This document shows, piece after piece, positions 38,857 through 48,715 of a stretch of 64,000 bases of DNA (its first letter is position 1; each line of letters begins with the position of its first letter). The stretch lies in IMG/VR virus record IMGVR_UViG_3300044730_000313, positions 32,001 to 96,000 of that record, one strand, 5' to 3'. Made by a program: the position numbers and the translations under genes. This DNA comes from a virus. Below the pieces are notes generated by a model. The model was not told where the DNA came from and did no database searches. It saw nothing but the letters and a program-made list of their open reading frames with translations.

Positions 38857-38900
38857 GAGAAGGCTCCCCCACCCTGAAAGTGGGGGGCATTCCTTCTCGG
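38857..38900 (-). terminator. GC-rich hairpin just after the MCP stop (attenuator or mRNA stabiliser)
   Basis: GAGAAGG...CCCCCAC...GTGGGGG...CCTTCTC; no clear U-tract. Confidence 0.45.
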
Positions 38901-38933
38901 TAGGTTATAAGAACAGCCTAAGCTGTAGTCTTA

Positions 38934-40487
38934 TTAGAATTGTGGGATTTCTTCAATCAACACTGTACGAGACAGGTCTTCAATGAATACATCACAACGA
39001 TCCTTCATCCAGATTTCGTATCCTGGGAATTTGTTCGCAGAGCTCATACCCTGAGACTTAGCAAAGCCTAAGTGGTGGCGAGTTCCATCGATATATCCCC
39101 AAGTCATAGAAGGAGCACCCTTCATACGCACCTCACGGATGTTATTAACCATAGAGCCATCAGACATAGGACTTACGTCAAACACCATGAATACAGGGGT
39201 TGACTTCTTGTTCTGTCCAAACTCCAGGTTAGTTTGAGGAAGGTCAAGTTCTTTCAGGTGAATCAGTTCAACACGACCAGTCTCACGAGTTACCATTGCA
39301 TCGAATGCAAAGTTGTAAGTGATGTGTTGTCCTTCTCCTTGCATGTAACGGTTTCCGCTATCAGCCATGAAGGTAAGACCGCTGTTCAAAGCGTCTGTCT
39401 TCAAAGCTTGCTGGAACACGTCAAAACCTGCTTCGTTAGTGTACATTTTAACACGACGGTCTTTAACATCCACACGACGATAGAACAGGTCACCAAACAC
39501 AGAACGAATCAGGTTGGCAGTAAATTCACCACGGTTGTATTGAACCAGGTTACCGTTGTTACGCATGCGGTGGTAAACACCAGCAGAAGTACGCTTAAGT
39601 TCTTGCTTAGATCCGTTGGTCTTTACAGTACCAGGACGAGACCAAATCATACGCTTAACTTTCAACTCAAGCATAGACTTACGCATCCAGAACTCAATAA
39701 ATGGCTCCCACTTAACATCGTTACGAGTTAAGGGAAGTTGGTTACGACGCTGAGGTGCATATACAAGGATATCCAAAGGACGTCCTGCAGAGTCACGCAT
39801 CATTTTGTCATCAGCCCACTCAGTGATTTTGTGCTCGAAACCATATGCAGAACCCAAAGATTCAAACATAGTGATTTGCTCACCCAAACGAGGAAGACCT
39901 AACAAATCTTGATCGAACTCACCAATTGCAGCATCAACCAACTCAAGCTCGATACCTACCTGCAAAAAGGTGGGGCTTACGAAATCTACAGTTGGGTTGT
40001 CTGTAACCAAAGTGAAGGTGTACAAGAATCCCATGTTCCAAGGAACGGGGTCCTTGATAACATAGAAACGAGGACCATACTGACGTGTACCAACAGAAAT
40101 GATAGCGTTCTTAGAGAACTCATTTGTGTCAATTACGAGTTGGAACTCTTGACCATCGATACCAGGCTTGCTCAACTCAAGAGTTGAGTTAGGTACATCG
40201 ATGATTTTGGGGAATTTGTAGGGAACAGCTACTTGCCATTTCCAAGCATCGCTATTATTATCAATGTAATAAGGCGTGCTTTTGTTGATCATGTCAAGAA
40301 AGTCATTGCTGTACAGAGAGCTCTGTGTATAGAGGCTGATGATCTTCTTGTCGTAATCAGCAGGCTCAGTTGAGTGAAAGCTCTCCAGGTGGTTAGCGTC
40401 AGTTAGCTTACCTACAGCACGCTTGTCCATAGAAGCGACACGAGCATACGTGAAGCCAGTTAGACCTGGGATTGTTTGAATTGCCAT
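38934..40487 (-). CDS. Major capsid protein
   Basis: 517 aa; portal-scaffold-MCP order; strongly biased codon usage (CGT/AAC/TTC) suggesting high expression. Confidence 0.85.
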   Translation of the reverse strand: MAIQTIPGLTGFTYARVASMDKRAVGKLTDANHLESFHSTEPADYDKKIISLYTQSSLYSNDFLDMINKSTPYYIDNNSDAWKWQVAVPYKFPKIIDVPNSTLELSKPGIDGQEFQLVIDTNEFSKNAIISVGTRQYGPRFYVIKDPVPWNMGFLYTFTLVTDNPTVDFVSPTFLQVGIELELVDAAIGEFDQDLLGLPRLGEQITMFESLGSAYGFEHKITEWADDKMMRDSAGRPLDILVYAPQRRNQLPLTRNDVKWEPFIEFWMRKSMLELKVKRMIWSRPGTVKTNGSKQELKRTSAGVYHRMRNNGNLVQYNRGEFTANLIRSVFGDLFYRRVDVKDRRVKMYTNEAGFDVFQQALKTDALNSGLTFMADSGNRYMQGEGQHITYNFAFDAMVTRETGRVELIHLKELDLPQTNLEFGQNKKSTPVFMVFDVSPMSDGSMVNNIREVRMKGAPSMTWGYIDGTRHHLGFAKSQGMSSANKFPGYEIWMKDRCDVFIEDLSRTVLIEEIPQF

Positions 40488-40515
40488 TTTTTATCCTTTT
40501 GTGTTTATGAAAAAA

Positions 40516-41808
40516 TTATAAAAACCATGAATTTTGTTTAGAAGGCTGAGAGCTACTGCCAGTTCCTGACTTAACTTTAGTCACTTGTCTAGCTACTTCC
40601 CCAAACAGTTCGTTTGATTTCTTAGAAACGCCTGTTCTTTGGATGGTAGATAGTGTAGGATCTTTTTCTAAGATCTTCAGTAGCAGTGCAACCTTCACTT
40701 TAGTTGCATGGTTTTCAGGTCTTTTCAACTCTAAGATGGTACGATCAAAATCTGTGAGAGTTTCTCCTGATGCTGTTTTATACTTATCTACCAGCAGGAA
40801 GTCTTGTAGTTCGTTTGCCAACTTAGGGTTGATGGGTATCCCGTCAAACTCCTTGGATTTCAGCTTATCCTGAAGGACTTGCTGAACGTTATTAATATAC
40901 TGATTCTTGACAGCTTGTTTCTGTTGTAGCTCTTGCTCAGCCTTTTGCTCCATTTGGGCAAGTTTCTGGGCTTCCTTCTTAACAAGCACTTTGTGGTGCT
41001 TTGTTGCTACGCTTTCCAGATCGCCATAGTTTTTAAGCCTTTCCACCTCTGTATTGATGTCATCAGGCTCAAACCCTTGATCAGATAGAGCTTGCTTAAT
41101 TACTGTCACTTGATTATTCTCCTGTGACAAGTCCATATCAGCGAAGCTCACAACATTGTTATATGCACCAAAGTATTCCTTTGGATTAACACCTTTTACG
41201 AATATAGCATCGAACGCTTGTTGATAGTCTTCACCAAATTGACCAATGAAGTTCTGTACCATTTCAACAGCCCCTTTCTTCTTCTCATTCTGGAATCTTT
41301 CCAGAAACTCTTCAGGAGTAGAGATGTTCACTTCTTCTTCATCTTCATCCTGTGAGAAAACACCTAGTTTGAAAAGGTCGCGAGACAGAGCTGTGAATTG
41401 ACTCACTTGCTCATCCACTTCTGTATTTTCATCAGAGTTAGCTTCTTCTGTTGCAGCAGGTTTAGCTTCTGCAGCAGGAGCTTTCTTTTTAACTGGTTGA
41501 GGATCAGCTTCTTGTGCTTCTTCCTCATCCCCAGCGTTGTCTCCCAGGAAGCTAGAAATCAGGTCTTGACCTGAAAGTTCTTTACCATCTTCTTTGGGAA
41601 CAACCTCTTTACCTTTTGGAACATCAGGTTTTGTATCTGGTGTAGGGGGTGTAGCCTCTTTTACAATCTCCTGAAGTTGATCAGGACTGCTTGTAGAGGT
41701 TTCAGGAGACAGAAGATCATTCAAAAGTTCTGCTCCACCAGGTCCCATCTCCATAGTGTTCTCAATACTAAAGTTGCCAAATGATGGCGTCTCAAGGTTC
41801 TCAGCCAT
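40516..41808 (-). CDS. Acidic protein upstream of MCP, putative scaffold
   Basis: Acidic disordered N-terminus, helical C-terminus, conserved crAss position. Confidence 0.6.
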   Translation of the reverse strand: MAENLETPSFGNFSIENTMEMGPGGAELLNDLLSPETSTSSPDQLQEIVKEATPPTPDTKPDVPKGKEVVPKEDGKELSGQDLISSFLGDNAGDEEEAQEADPQPVKKKAPAAEAKPAATEEANSDENTEVDEQVSQFTALSRDLFKLGVFSQDEDEEEVNISTPEEFLERFQNEKKKGAVEMVQNFIGQFGEDYQQAFDAIFVKGVNPKEYFGAYNNVVSFADMDLSQENNQVTVIKQALSDQGFEPDDINTEVERLKNYGDLESVATKHHKVLVKKEAQKLAQMEQKAEQELQQKQAVKNQYINNVQQVLQDKLKSKEFDGIPINPKLANELQDFLLVDKYKTASGETLTDFDRTILELKRPENHATKVKVALLLKILEKDPTLSTIQRTGVSKKSNELFGEVARQVTKVKSGTGSSSQPSKQNSWFL

Positions 41809-41839
41809 ATGTAGTTGTTTTTGATTGGTTTATGAAAAG

Positions 41840-41870
41840 TAAAAGTATATAATACCTATTGAATAACAAA
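41840..41870 (-). promoter_or_regulatory. Bacteroidota-type promoter TTTG-N19-TACTTTTA for the capsid operon
   Basis: Consensus match upstream of the scaffold gene. Confidence 0.6.
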
Positions 41871-41937
41871 GAGTTAGATGGCTATATAGGCTGTTTTCGT
41901 AGATAATATAGCATTAATGTAATTCACTCTAACCAAA

Positions 41938-42207
41938 TTACTTTAACTCCACCCATCTGAAACCCAGTTTCCATAGGAATCTGGCTGTCTTGGAGGACTC
42001 TTTACTCACCTTTGTCTCGCTCCAATCAGGGTGTTTTAGGTGGAAATGCTCATGCAAGGCGGTGAGTAAATACCTATACCCACTCAATCTTACGTCTAAT
42101 TCTATCTTATTCTTATCATCCCAAGCCAATCCATGAGCCTTTTCTCTACCTAATTTACGGTGTTCAACTTTGTGTGGGTTTGTTATTTCCATATTGACTT
42201 GCCTCAA
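41938..42207 (-). CDS. Small HExxH zincin-like protein
   Basis: HGLA...IELD...LTALHEHFH...WSE motif. Confidence 0.55.
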   Translation of the reverse strand: MRQVNMEITNPHKVEHRKLGREKAHGLAWDDKNKIELDVRLSGYRYLLTALHEHFHLKHPDWSETKVSKESSKTARFLWKLGFRWVELK

Positions 42208-42403
42208 ATATCTCTTTAAGAGCTTGATAAGTAATGAGTAATGACATCCTCTTTATCTTTTCCACCATCTCAGCTTCATCCTCAGACAGCAAAACAGTGT
42301 CCATATCCTCAACAACACCCATTGCCTGTATGCAGGCTGTGATGTCTTCATGAGGGGTGGGGTCAAATTCTAGAGTGTCATCTAATATCTCGTTGATATC
42401 CAT
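42164..42403 (-). CDS. Hypothetical acidic protein
   Basis: Start overlaps the portal stop codon. Confidence 0.55.
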   Translation of the reverse strand: MDINEILDDTLEFDPTPHEDITACIQAMGVVEDMDTVLLSEDEAEMVEKIKRMSLLITYQALKEIFEASQYGNNKPTQS

Positions 42404-44997
42404 TATTCTTTCTTAGGTTTCTTTGCTCTTCCTTTTGCGTTCTCTTTAGCTATGGCCAAATCATTTTTCTGATTCTCACGAGCCACTTGCAGTTTCTCCC
42501 TTTCGAGAGCAAGCTTTTCAGCAGCCAGTCTGTTCTTTGTACCAATGTCTGCCATCTTTATTTGGTAATCCTTATCTGTTCTTTCTCTTTCTGCAGCTAA
42601 CTTACTGACTTCCAACACATCAGGAACTCCTGACTCATCTACATCAGAGAGCCCCATACCCATGGATTTAGCTTCAGCATTAATCAGGGCAATCTCTTTC
42701 TTGTTGATACGGTCAAGCTCGTTCTGGTAGTTTTCGTTAGCAATGTCTTGTTCCTTCTGTATTTGAGCTTGTTGAATCTGGGCTTGAGCAATCTGACCTT
42801 GTTGTTCAACTTGTTGTTGCTGGATTTGCAACTGTTGTTCTTGCATAGCCTGTTGTCTGTCACGCAAGTCTTTGAACACTTTCTTCATAGCTCTCATAGA
42901 CTTGGTGCTGTACAGCTCAATCACATCATATAGAGATCCACCATTCTGCATCAAAGGTTGGGCCAATTGACGAAGCTCATTGAACATTTGTGTATCCTCA
43001 GGACGATTTGTCAAGAACACCTTTAGGTCACGAAACTTAAGGTCTGATCCATTAACAGAAACAAAAGCTGATTCACCCTCGTTAGTAATATAGCTGAGTG
43101 TGGATTGAGGCTTCTTACTTTCTACATACAGAGCTGCATCAATGATTGCTTGATAGAGCTGACCCATTACATATTCGTGTGCTATAAACAGAGGTTCTGT
43201 CTGAGCATAAGATTGTTGTACAGCCGTGTTTACACCTGTAGCAGATTCACTAGCTGTAATAGATCCCATACGTTGTCTACTCATCCCTACGAGTTCCCAA
43301 CACTCATTCTTAAGCTGTTGGGCTAATGTATAACGAGATTGGATTTCCTGTGTTCTGGTGAGGTCAATATCTCTAAACTGGTTGAAGCTAGATGGACTCT
43401 TCAGGTTCTCAGGAGAGTCATCAATAAACACAACACCACGGTTGCGTGCTTCCATTTCCCAGATGTCTAATGCATCTTGACCATCACCATCCTTTGGAAC
43501 AGGGATGTGCCTGATGGATGTCAAATACACCTTACCCACTTCCTTCTCTAGTAACTTATAAAGCTGGTTCATACATACATTGTACAACACTTGGAAAGGC
43601 TTCATTAAATCAACCAGAGATTTAGCTTCTGTATTCTTCACCTCAAAGGTGATACCAATAATAGGGCAGTAGTTAAGAAGCTTAAATGGTTTAACATGAT
43701 ATATGTCTGGACCAATCTTTGTTCCCTGATACCATTGATTAATCCATCCCCATTCTAGTGATTGTTGTGTAGGAACAGTGCCACTTTTATAATTTTCATC
43801 TACGAGAACAGATTGTTCGTTACCAAGTTCATCTAAATAAATGAGTTTACCAATCTTCTTCTTGCTCATCCAATAACAACGAACAACAACATATTTATAT
43901 CCAAATGAACTAACGTTTGATGTTAGCCCTAAGAAGTCTTTTAGTCCATCACTATTCTCCTTCATTTCTGATTCAATAATCATACGCGTTTGAAGGACCA
44001 GTGGGTCAAATGTATCGTATGTTACTGAGTCAATACCAGGCACCACATTTGGATTGCCCAAATTAGACTCACGTACATTGATAAGTCCATAGTCTTGAAG
44101 TGAGCTCCTAAGGTGATCAATTTCTTCTTTAGTGAGGTCAGGAATACTTTCAATGATTTCTGAAAGCTCCATAACTTGCACTGTACCAGCGGCATAAGCC
44201 CCCTGAGCTCTACCTGTAGGATCAGAGATATACTTACGATCAGGAGTTGTAAGAAACCAAGTGTTCTTAGGGTTAGCCACCTCAACATTAAATCCAAGCT
44301 TTGAGTTGTCTTCATATATGTGATAGAATTCTCTTCCAGAAATCAACATGTCACGAAATGCATCTTCACTCTTTTCCTTCATGTTGAATTCAGCTTTCTG
44401 ACAAGTGAGTACGTGGTTAGCCCACTTCTCAGCCACAGAGGTGTAACTGTCTAACACCTCTTTCACTTCATCCATTGTCATTTGCTGCACCTCATCATCA
44501 GAAAGCTCTTGACCATTTATAGCAGCATTTGCTAGGATTTGTTGTCTAGCTCTTCCAATCACGTATTGCTGAAGGATTTCTGTTTTGAACTCGAGCTCTT
44601 CAGACTTACTATCATCATCAAATGCTTTCACCCTGAATGTATCAGGGCGTTTACTTATTTCACCCACTAGTTCATTAACAGGGGTGGTGATGATGGAATA
44701 CATCTTTACATATGCAGGAAGTTGAAGGTCAGCTGTAAGTACATCTGTAAAGCTTCTCACCTGTGGTTCTTGATAGAAGTCTTCCATCCTCAGGATGCCC
44801 TTCATTAGGTCATAGTTCTTTACAAACGTGTCACGGTTCTTTACAAACTCAGCATAAGCCTTGTTTGCAAAGTAGTCCATAGTGTTCTTTATCCAGCTTT
44901 CGTCCTGCTTTTCCTTGTCCGTTTTAAACTGGTCAGGAAATATGTTAAGATAGGCATACCTAATGGTAGCATCTTTCGTATATCTAATAATTGCCAT
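42403..44997 (-). CDS. Portal protein
   Basis: 864 aa directly after TerL; NELVGE..KRP, SLVDLMKPFQ.LYN and G.SRQR.G motifs; Gln-rich coiled-coil C-terminus. Confidence 0.9.
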   Translation of the reverse strand: MAIIRYTKDATIRYAYLNIFPDQFKTDKEKQDESWIKNTMDYFANKAYAEFVKNRDTFVKNYDLMKGILRMEDFYQEPQVRSFTDVLTADLQLPAYVKMYSIITTPVNELVGEISKRPDTFRVKAFDDDSKSEELEFKTEILQQYVIGRARQQILANAAINGQELSDDEVQQMTMDEVKEVLDSYTSVAEKWANHVLTCQKAEFNMKEKSEDAFRDMLISGREFYHIYEDNSKLGFNVEVANPKNTWFLTTPDRKYISDPTGRAQGAYAAGTVQVMELSEIIESIPDLTKEEIDHLRSSLQDYGLINVRESNLGNPNVVPGIDSVTYDTFDPLVLQTRMIIESEMKENSDGLKDFLGLTSNVSSFGYKYVVVRCYWMSKKKIGKLIYLDELGNEQSVLVDENYKSGTVPTQQSLEWGWINQWYQGTKIGPDIYHVKPFKLLNYCPIIGITFEVKNTEAKSLVDLMKPFQVLYNVCMNQLYKLLEKEVGKVYLTSIRHIPVPKDGDGQDALDIWEMEARNRGVVFIDDSPENLKSPSSFNQFRDIDLTRTQEIQSRYTLAQQLKNECWELVGMSRQRMGSITASESATGVNTAVQQSYAQTEPLFIAHEYVMGQLYQAIIDAALYVESKKPQSTLSYITNEGESAFVSVNGSDLKFRDLKVFLTNRPEDTQMFNELRQLAQPLMQNGGSLYDVIELYSTKSMRAMKKVFKDLRDRQQAMQEQQLQIQQQQVEQQGQIAQAQIQQAQIQKEQDIANENYQNELDRINKKEIALINAEAKSMGMGLSDVDESGVPDVLEVSKLAAERERTDKDYQIKMADIGTKNRLAAEKLALEREKLQVARENQKNDLAIAKENAKGRAKKPKKE

Positions 44998-47021
44998 TAT
45001 GAGAACAATTTACTTTTTTTTCTTGGGAATAATCCTCTTGATTCTGTGAATAGCTGGTTTTTCTTATTTGGTCTAAAGAATGCTTTTAATCTGTCATCTC
45101 CTGACCCACCCACCTTTCCAAGTATGGGGTCCATTTTAAGAGCCTGTGCAATAGCTAGCTCTGCAGCCACAATACGGTCAAAGTTACCCTGATCGTTATA
45201 CTGAATTATCTCTTCCAGCAGAACAGGATCAAATATCTTAGACACACCTGTCACCTCTTTAATAATGTCACCATCTTCATTCTTTTCCTGATATACAACA
45301 GCCTCCATATACTTCTTGAGACAGTTGTGCAGATAGTCTCTTATCTTATCTGCTGAGCGGTGCACTCCATACTCACGTTTGACGGTAGTACCAGGCACCA
45401 CTTCTTTCAACCATTCAGGTTGTTTCTCAAGGTAGTGTGCATCTCCTTTAGCTTTCATATATTCTATAAAGGAGATGTCATCATTTTCACACAGTGTTCG
45501 TGCGTTATAATACTTGATTAGAAGTCTAGCCTGTTCTTCCCAGGTTTCCTTCTTATCAGGTCTTGCACAATACGAAGCTACGAACATATCTTGGTATTTC
45601 TCACCAGTGATGTCGTGCATTCTCTTATAAATATATACAGACCCCAAAGATGTAGAATAGGCAGCTTGTCCTTGTCTATAAGGGTCAACTCCTGCTACAT
45701 AGAGTCCGTATGGTGGGTTTTCTAAAGGAAACTCATATATCACTACAGGGGCATCCTTTAAATCACTGCTTTTCAGAGGGAAGTTGGTAATGGGTTGTTT
45801 ATCTGTAAACTCATGACTAATCTTCTCTCCATCATGGAACAATATAACAGGGGTGCCTGTACGTTCTTGACCAATAAGTCTAGCTTTCTGACGTTTAGCT
45901 GCTTCTATGTCAAATATGTTGGTGTCCTCATTTAGGAAGATGTCATCCACCTCAAGTGGGTAGTACATCTTCTCTTTTAGGTAGGCCACTCTATCTCCAG
46001 CCTTTTTAAGGCGTTCTAAATTACCCTCTGTAATTTCTTTAGCCTTATCCTCATTGCTCACCAGCATCCTTACATTATGTAGGTCGCTGTCCTTGGGCTG
46101 ATCTAGGAATGCTCCAAGTGTACTTTCTTCCTTAGCCTCCATTCGATATTTATACGAAATAAACAGGCCATGAATACGTTTCTCATCCTTCTCATTGTTA
46201 TACGTAAGGAAGTTAAAGTTGTCTACATCAAACATGAGGCTCTTGGCATCCATGAATCGCTTCATGTCACCACCAGTCCCAGTAAGAATTGGAGAGCACC
46301 CCCATCCATAAGGAGTTGTAAAACCTGGCACAGCTGCCTGAAATCCTCGGAGAAAATTACCCTTACCAATCTCATCTATAATTAATTTACGGGGTTTGGT
46401 ACCAGCAATAGCTTCCTCATTGTTACCCTCATCCAGGTTACGGATGAGAATCTGAGAGAAGGGTATACGTTCTCCTGATTTGGTCTTAATACCTAGGGTG
46501 ACTTGGTTTTTCCAGTTATCCTCAACCCTTTGCCATCTCCATGCTTCAGGCAAAAAGTTAAGGCCCTTGTCCAGCTTATCCGTGATCAGCTTTATATCGG
46601 GGGCATTCAACCCAGCGATCACATTCTGGGAATTCTCATCAAATGTAGCGCCCCACCCTATGTAAGAAGCCTCGAGTACAGACTTGGCAAAACGTCGAAT
46701 TCCTAGTATCACTAGTCCTTTCTTGTCTTGTTGAGCCCTCTCTATTTCGTTTGTCACAATCCACTCATTATCACGAAGGAGTGGGTTGGCATATTTCTGT
46801 GATATTCTACCACGTTCATCAATAACATCCACCTCTGTGTGCCATATGTTTAGGTGCCAGTAGAGGAAAGGGTTGATAAACACCCCGTTCATCATAGCAC
46901 CGTTTAAGCATATATTCCTATGGAAGTCAAAAAAGGGTTTGTATTCTGCAGACTCACGGTCAGGAATACGCCCCTGGTTTATATACCAGTCTTTGTAATC
47001 TATGCTTTGTATGTCACTCAT
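44997..47021 (-). CDS. terL: Terminase large subunit
   Basis: RRFAKS Walker A variant, IIDEIG Walker B, TGTGG coupling motif, GVDPY and NFDRI nuclease motifs. Confidence 0.9.
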   Translation of the reverse strand: MSDIQSIDYKDWYINQGRIPDRESAEYKPFFDFHRNICLNGAMMNGVFINPFLYWHLNIWHTEVDVIDERGRISQKYANPLLRDNEWIVTNEIERAQQDKKGLVILGIRRFAKSVLEASYIGWGATFDENSQNVIAGLNAPDIKLITDKLDKGLNFLPEAWRWQRVEDNWKNQVTLGIKTKSGERIPFSQILIRNLDEGNNEEAIAGTKPRKLIIDEIGKGNFLRGFQAAVPGFTTPYGWGCSPILTGTGGDMKRFMDAKSLMFDVDNFNFLTYNNEKDEKRIHGLFISYKYRMEAKEESTLGAFLDQPKDSDLHNVRMLVSNEDKAKEITEGNLERLKKAGDRVAYLKEKMYYPLEVDDIFLNEDTNIFDIEAAKRQKARLIGQERTGTPVILFHDGEKISHEFTDKQPITNFPLKSSDLKDAPVVIYEFPLENPPYGLYVAGVDPYRQGQAAYSTSLGSVYIYKRMHDITGEKYQDMFVASYCARPDKKETWEEQARLLIKYYNARTLCENDDISFIEYMKAKGDAHYLEKQPEWLKEVVPGTTVKREYGVHRSADKIRDYLHNCLKKYMEAVVYQEKNEDGDIIKEVTGVSKIFDPVLLEEIIQYNDQGNFDRIVAAELAIAQALKMDPILGKVGGSGDDRLKAFFRPNKKNQLFTESRGLFPRKKSKLFS

Positions 47022-47353
47022 CGTCTGCTTCTAAGAAAGTCTTCAGCCATTGAGCTCAACTCTCCGTTACCTCTCACCTCCACCTTAGCTTCTTCTTTCT
47101 CACGCAGTTTTTCTACAACCTCCAGAAGAGCAAGGTAGTTTTTCATCGTTTCTTGGATGAACTTACCCTGTGCCTCAATGGAGGCAATCACCATGGGTAT
47201 CATTCCTCCTTTAGACGTTGGTTTCCACTCTACACGGTCTTTTAGTTCGTGCAGAGGATTAGCATCCACATAAGCCTTCCAGCTTCGTAGTTGCTGCTCA
47301 GCCCAATCGAGCTCAGCATTTATGTATGTAGTTTTCTTAATAGTCTTCGCCAT
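47018..47353 (-). CDS. Hypothetical protein, possible terminase small subunit
   Basis: Helical ORF overlapping the TerL start; function inferred from position only. Confidence 0.4.
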   Translation of the reverse strand: MAKTIKKTTYINAELDWAEQQLRSWKAYVDANPLHELKDRVEWKPTSKGGMIPMVIASIEAQGKFIQETMKNYLALLEVVEKLREKEEAKVEVRGNGELSSMAEDFLRSRR

Positions 47354-47618
47354 CTTGCTCTTTTAAAATGTCATCCAGATTCATGCCATCTTTTATAATC
47401 TGGTCAAGTTCACTGTCATCTGTATGAGGAACATCTAGCTCTAGCTGTGACTTATACTTGTCTAGAGCAAAAAGTATCTCTTTATCTGTCAGCCCCCATA
47501 TATCTCCATACTCATCTAGCGCTGTGGCTAGGTGTCTACCCATATTATAATTGGGATAGGCAGTGTGTAGTTGTTGGAGAAGTGTGAGTATCTGACTATA
47601 ATAACTTGCCTTTCTCAT
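47337..47618 (-). CDS. Hypothetical protein
   Basis: Tightly packed ORF. Confidence 0.6.
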   Translation of the reverse strand: MRKASYYSQILTLLQQLHTAYPNYNMGRHLATALDEYGDIWGLTDKEILFALDKYKSQLELDVPHTDDSELDQIIKDGMNLDDILKEQDGEDY

Positions 47619-47622
47619 CAGC

Positions 47623-47805
47623 TTATTTTACTATCAAGCCAGCGCTTGCAGCAGATAGCCTATCTAATCCTGGTGAAACAACACTCTTGATTAGTTTAGC
47701 TATTTCTTCATTAGCTAGCGTTTTTACATCATCTGAAATACCTGGTGTGGCAACTAGAGCTCCTAGTTTTTCAATAACCACCCATGCTTCTACTACTGGA
47801 TTCAT
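47623..47805 (-). CDS. Hypothetical protein
   Basis: Tightly packed ORF. Confidence 0.55.
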   Translation of the reverse strand: MNPVVEAWVVIEKLGALVATPGISDDVKTLANEEIAKLIKSVVSPGLDRLSAASAGLIVK

Positions 47806-48059
47806 ATTAATTGGTTTAAATCTTCGTCATCAAGTTTTTTAGAAGGGTCAATTTCCACCTCTACGTCAAAGTTAATATCCTCTTTATCACCCTTGGTGTA
47901 ATAGTCTTCCTTGATAGCAATTCCTATATTATCTTGCAGCTCGTCAGGAACTCCTATAATATCCACAAAATCAGCGCCTTTATTCCAAGCGTCTGTAAGC
48001 ACCTCAATGAATAGCTTCAGAGGTATCTTCTTAAGGGTGATTTCTTGTCTATTTTCCAT
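47802..48059 (-). CDS. Hypothetical acidic protein
   Basis: Tightly packed ORF. Confidence 0.6.
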   Translation of the reverse strand: MENRQEITLKKIPLKLFIEVLTDAWNKGADFVDIIGVPDELQDNIGIAIKEDYYTKGDKEDINFDVEVEIDPSKKLDDEDLNQLI

Positions 48060-48339
48060 TGCTTTTCATTTCTTCTTCCTGGTCTGGTGTAACCAACGCT
48101 ATCCACTTTTCTAATGGACAGGCACATGAGAGGCATTTGGTTTTAGCAGACAGGGTGCACCCACAATGTGTACAATGTGCATCTGGTCTGACGCTTTTAT
48201 AATTCTTTCTGTTTCTGGAGTGGTATTCACACCCCTCACAGATGGTCAACCTTTGTTCACTCGTCTCTTTTATCGTGCTCCTCAACTTTTTGGGCGGCAG
48301 CAGGTTGTTCCTCCACCCCTCGTAAATCTGGGAAATCAT
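48049..48339 (-). CDS. Cys-rich metal-binding protein (DUF6171-like pattern)
   Basis: RL.ICEGC...CTHCGC.L.AK...CP..KW. Confidence 0.6.
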   Translation of the reverse strand: MISQIYEGWRNNLLPPKKLRSTIKETSEQRLTICEGCEYHSRNRKNYKSVRPDAHCTHCGCTLSAKTKCLSCACPLEKWIALVTPDQEEEMKSNGK

Positions 48340-48715
48340 ATGTCTTTGGTTTTAAGTCTCTTATGTTATCCAGCGCTGTTTGCAGCTTTAATCCAGCTGC
48401 CCTTCTTTTGGCTTCTGGCAATGTTTCGTCCACCGCCTTCTTCTCAAACAGGGCCTTTTGGCTTAAGTATTTCTGCATGGTTTTCACTGCCTTCCCATCA
48501 TTAAAAAAGAACTTCCCAAACCCACTGATTTCCAAGCTCTTGTGTTGATGTGTAGCCTCGTTAGCGCTTTGGAACTGGTGATTGACAACAGCCTCAATGG
48601 TTTTTTCACTAATCATAAGCTTTACAGCCATCTTCCTAATCAGATAGTCTTTGACAGACAGACTAATAGGCTTATCCGTGAACAAGTCTGATTTCAAGGG
48701 TGATGTCATTGTCAA
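48257..48715 (-). CDS. HU/IHF-like protein (start uncertain)
   Basis: SEKTIEAVV...SLEISGFGKF motif. Confidence 0.7.
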   Translation of the reverse strand: MTMTSPLKSDLFTDKPISLSVKDYLIRKMAVKLMISEKTIEAVVNHQFQSANEATHQHKSLEISGFGKFFFNDGKAVKTMQKYLSQKALFEKKAVDETLPEAKRRAAGLKLQTALDNIRDLKPKTYDFPDLRGVEEQPAAAQKVEEHDKRDE

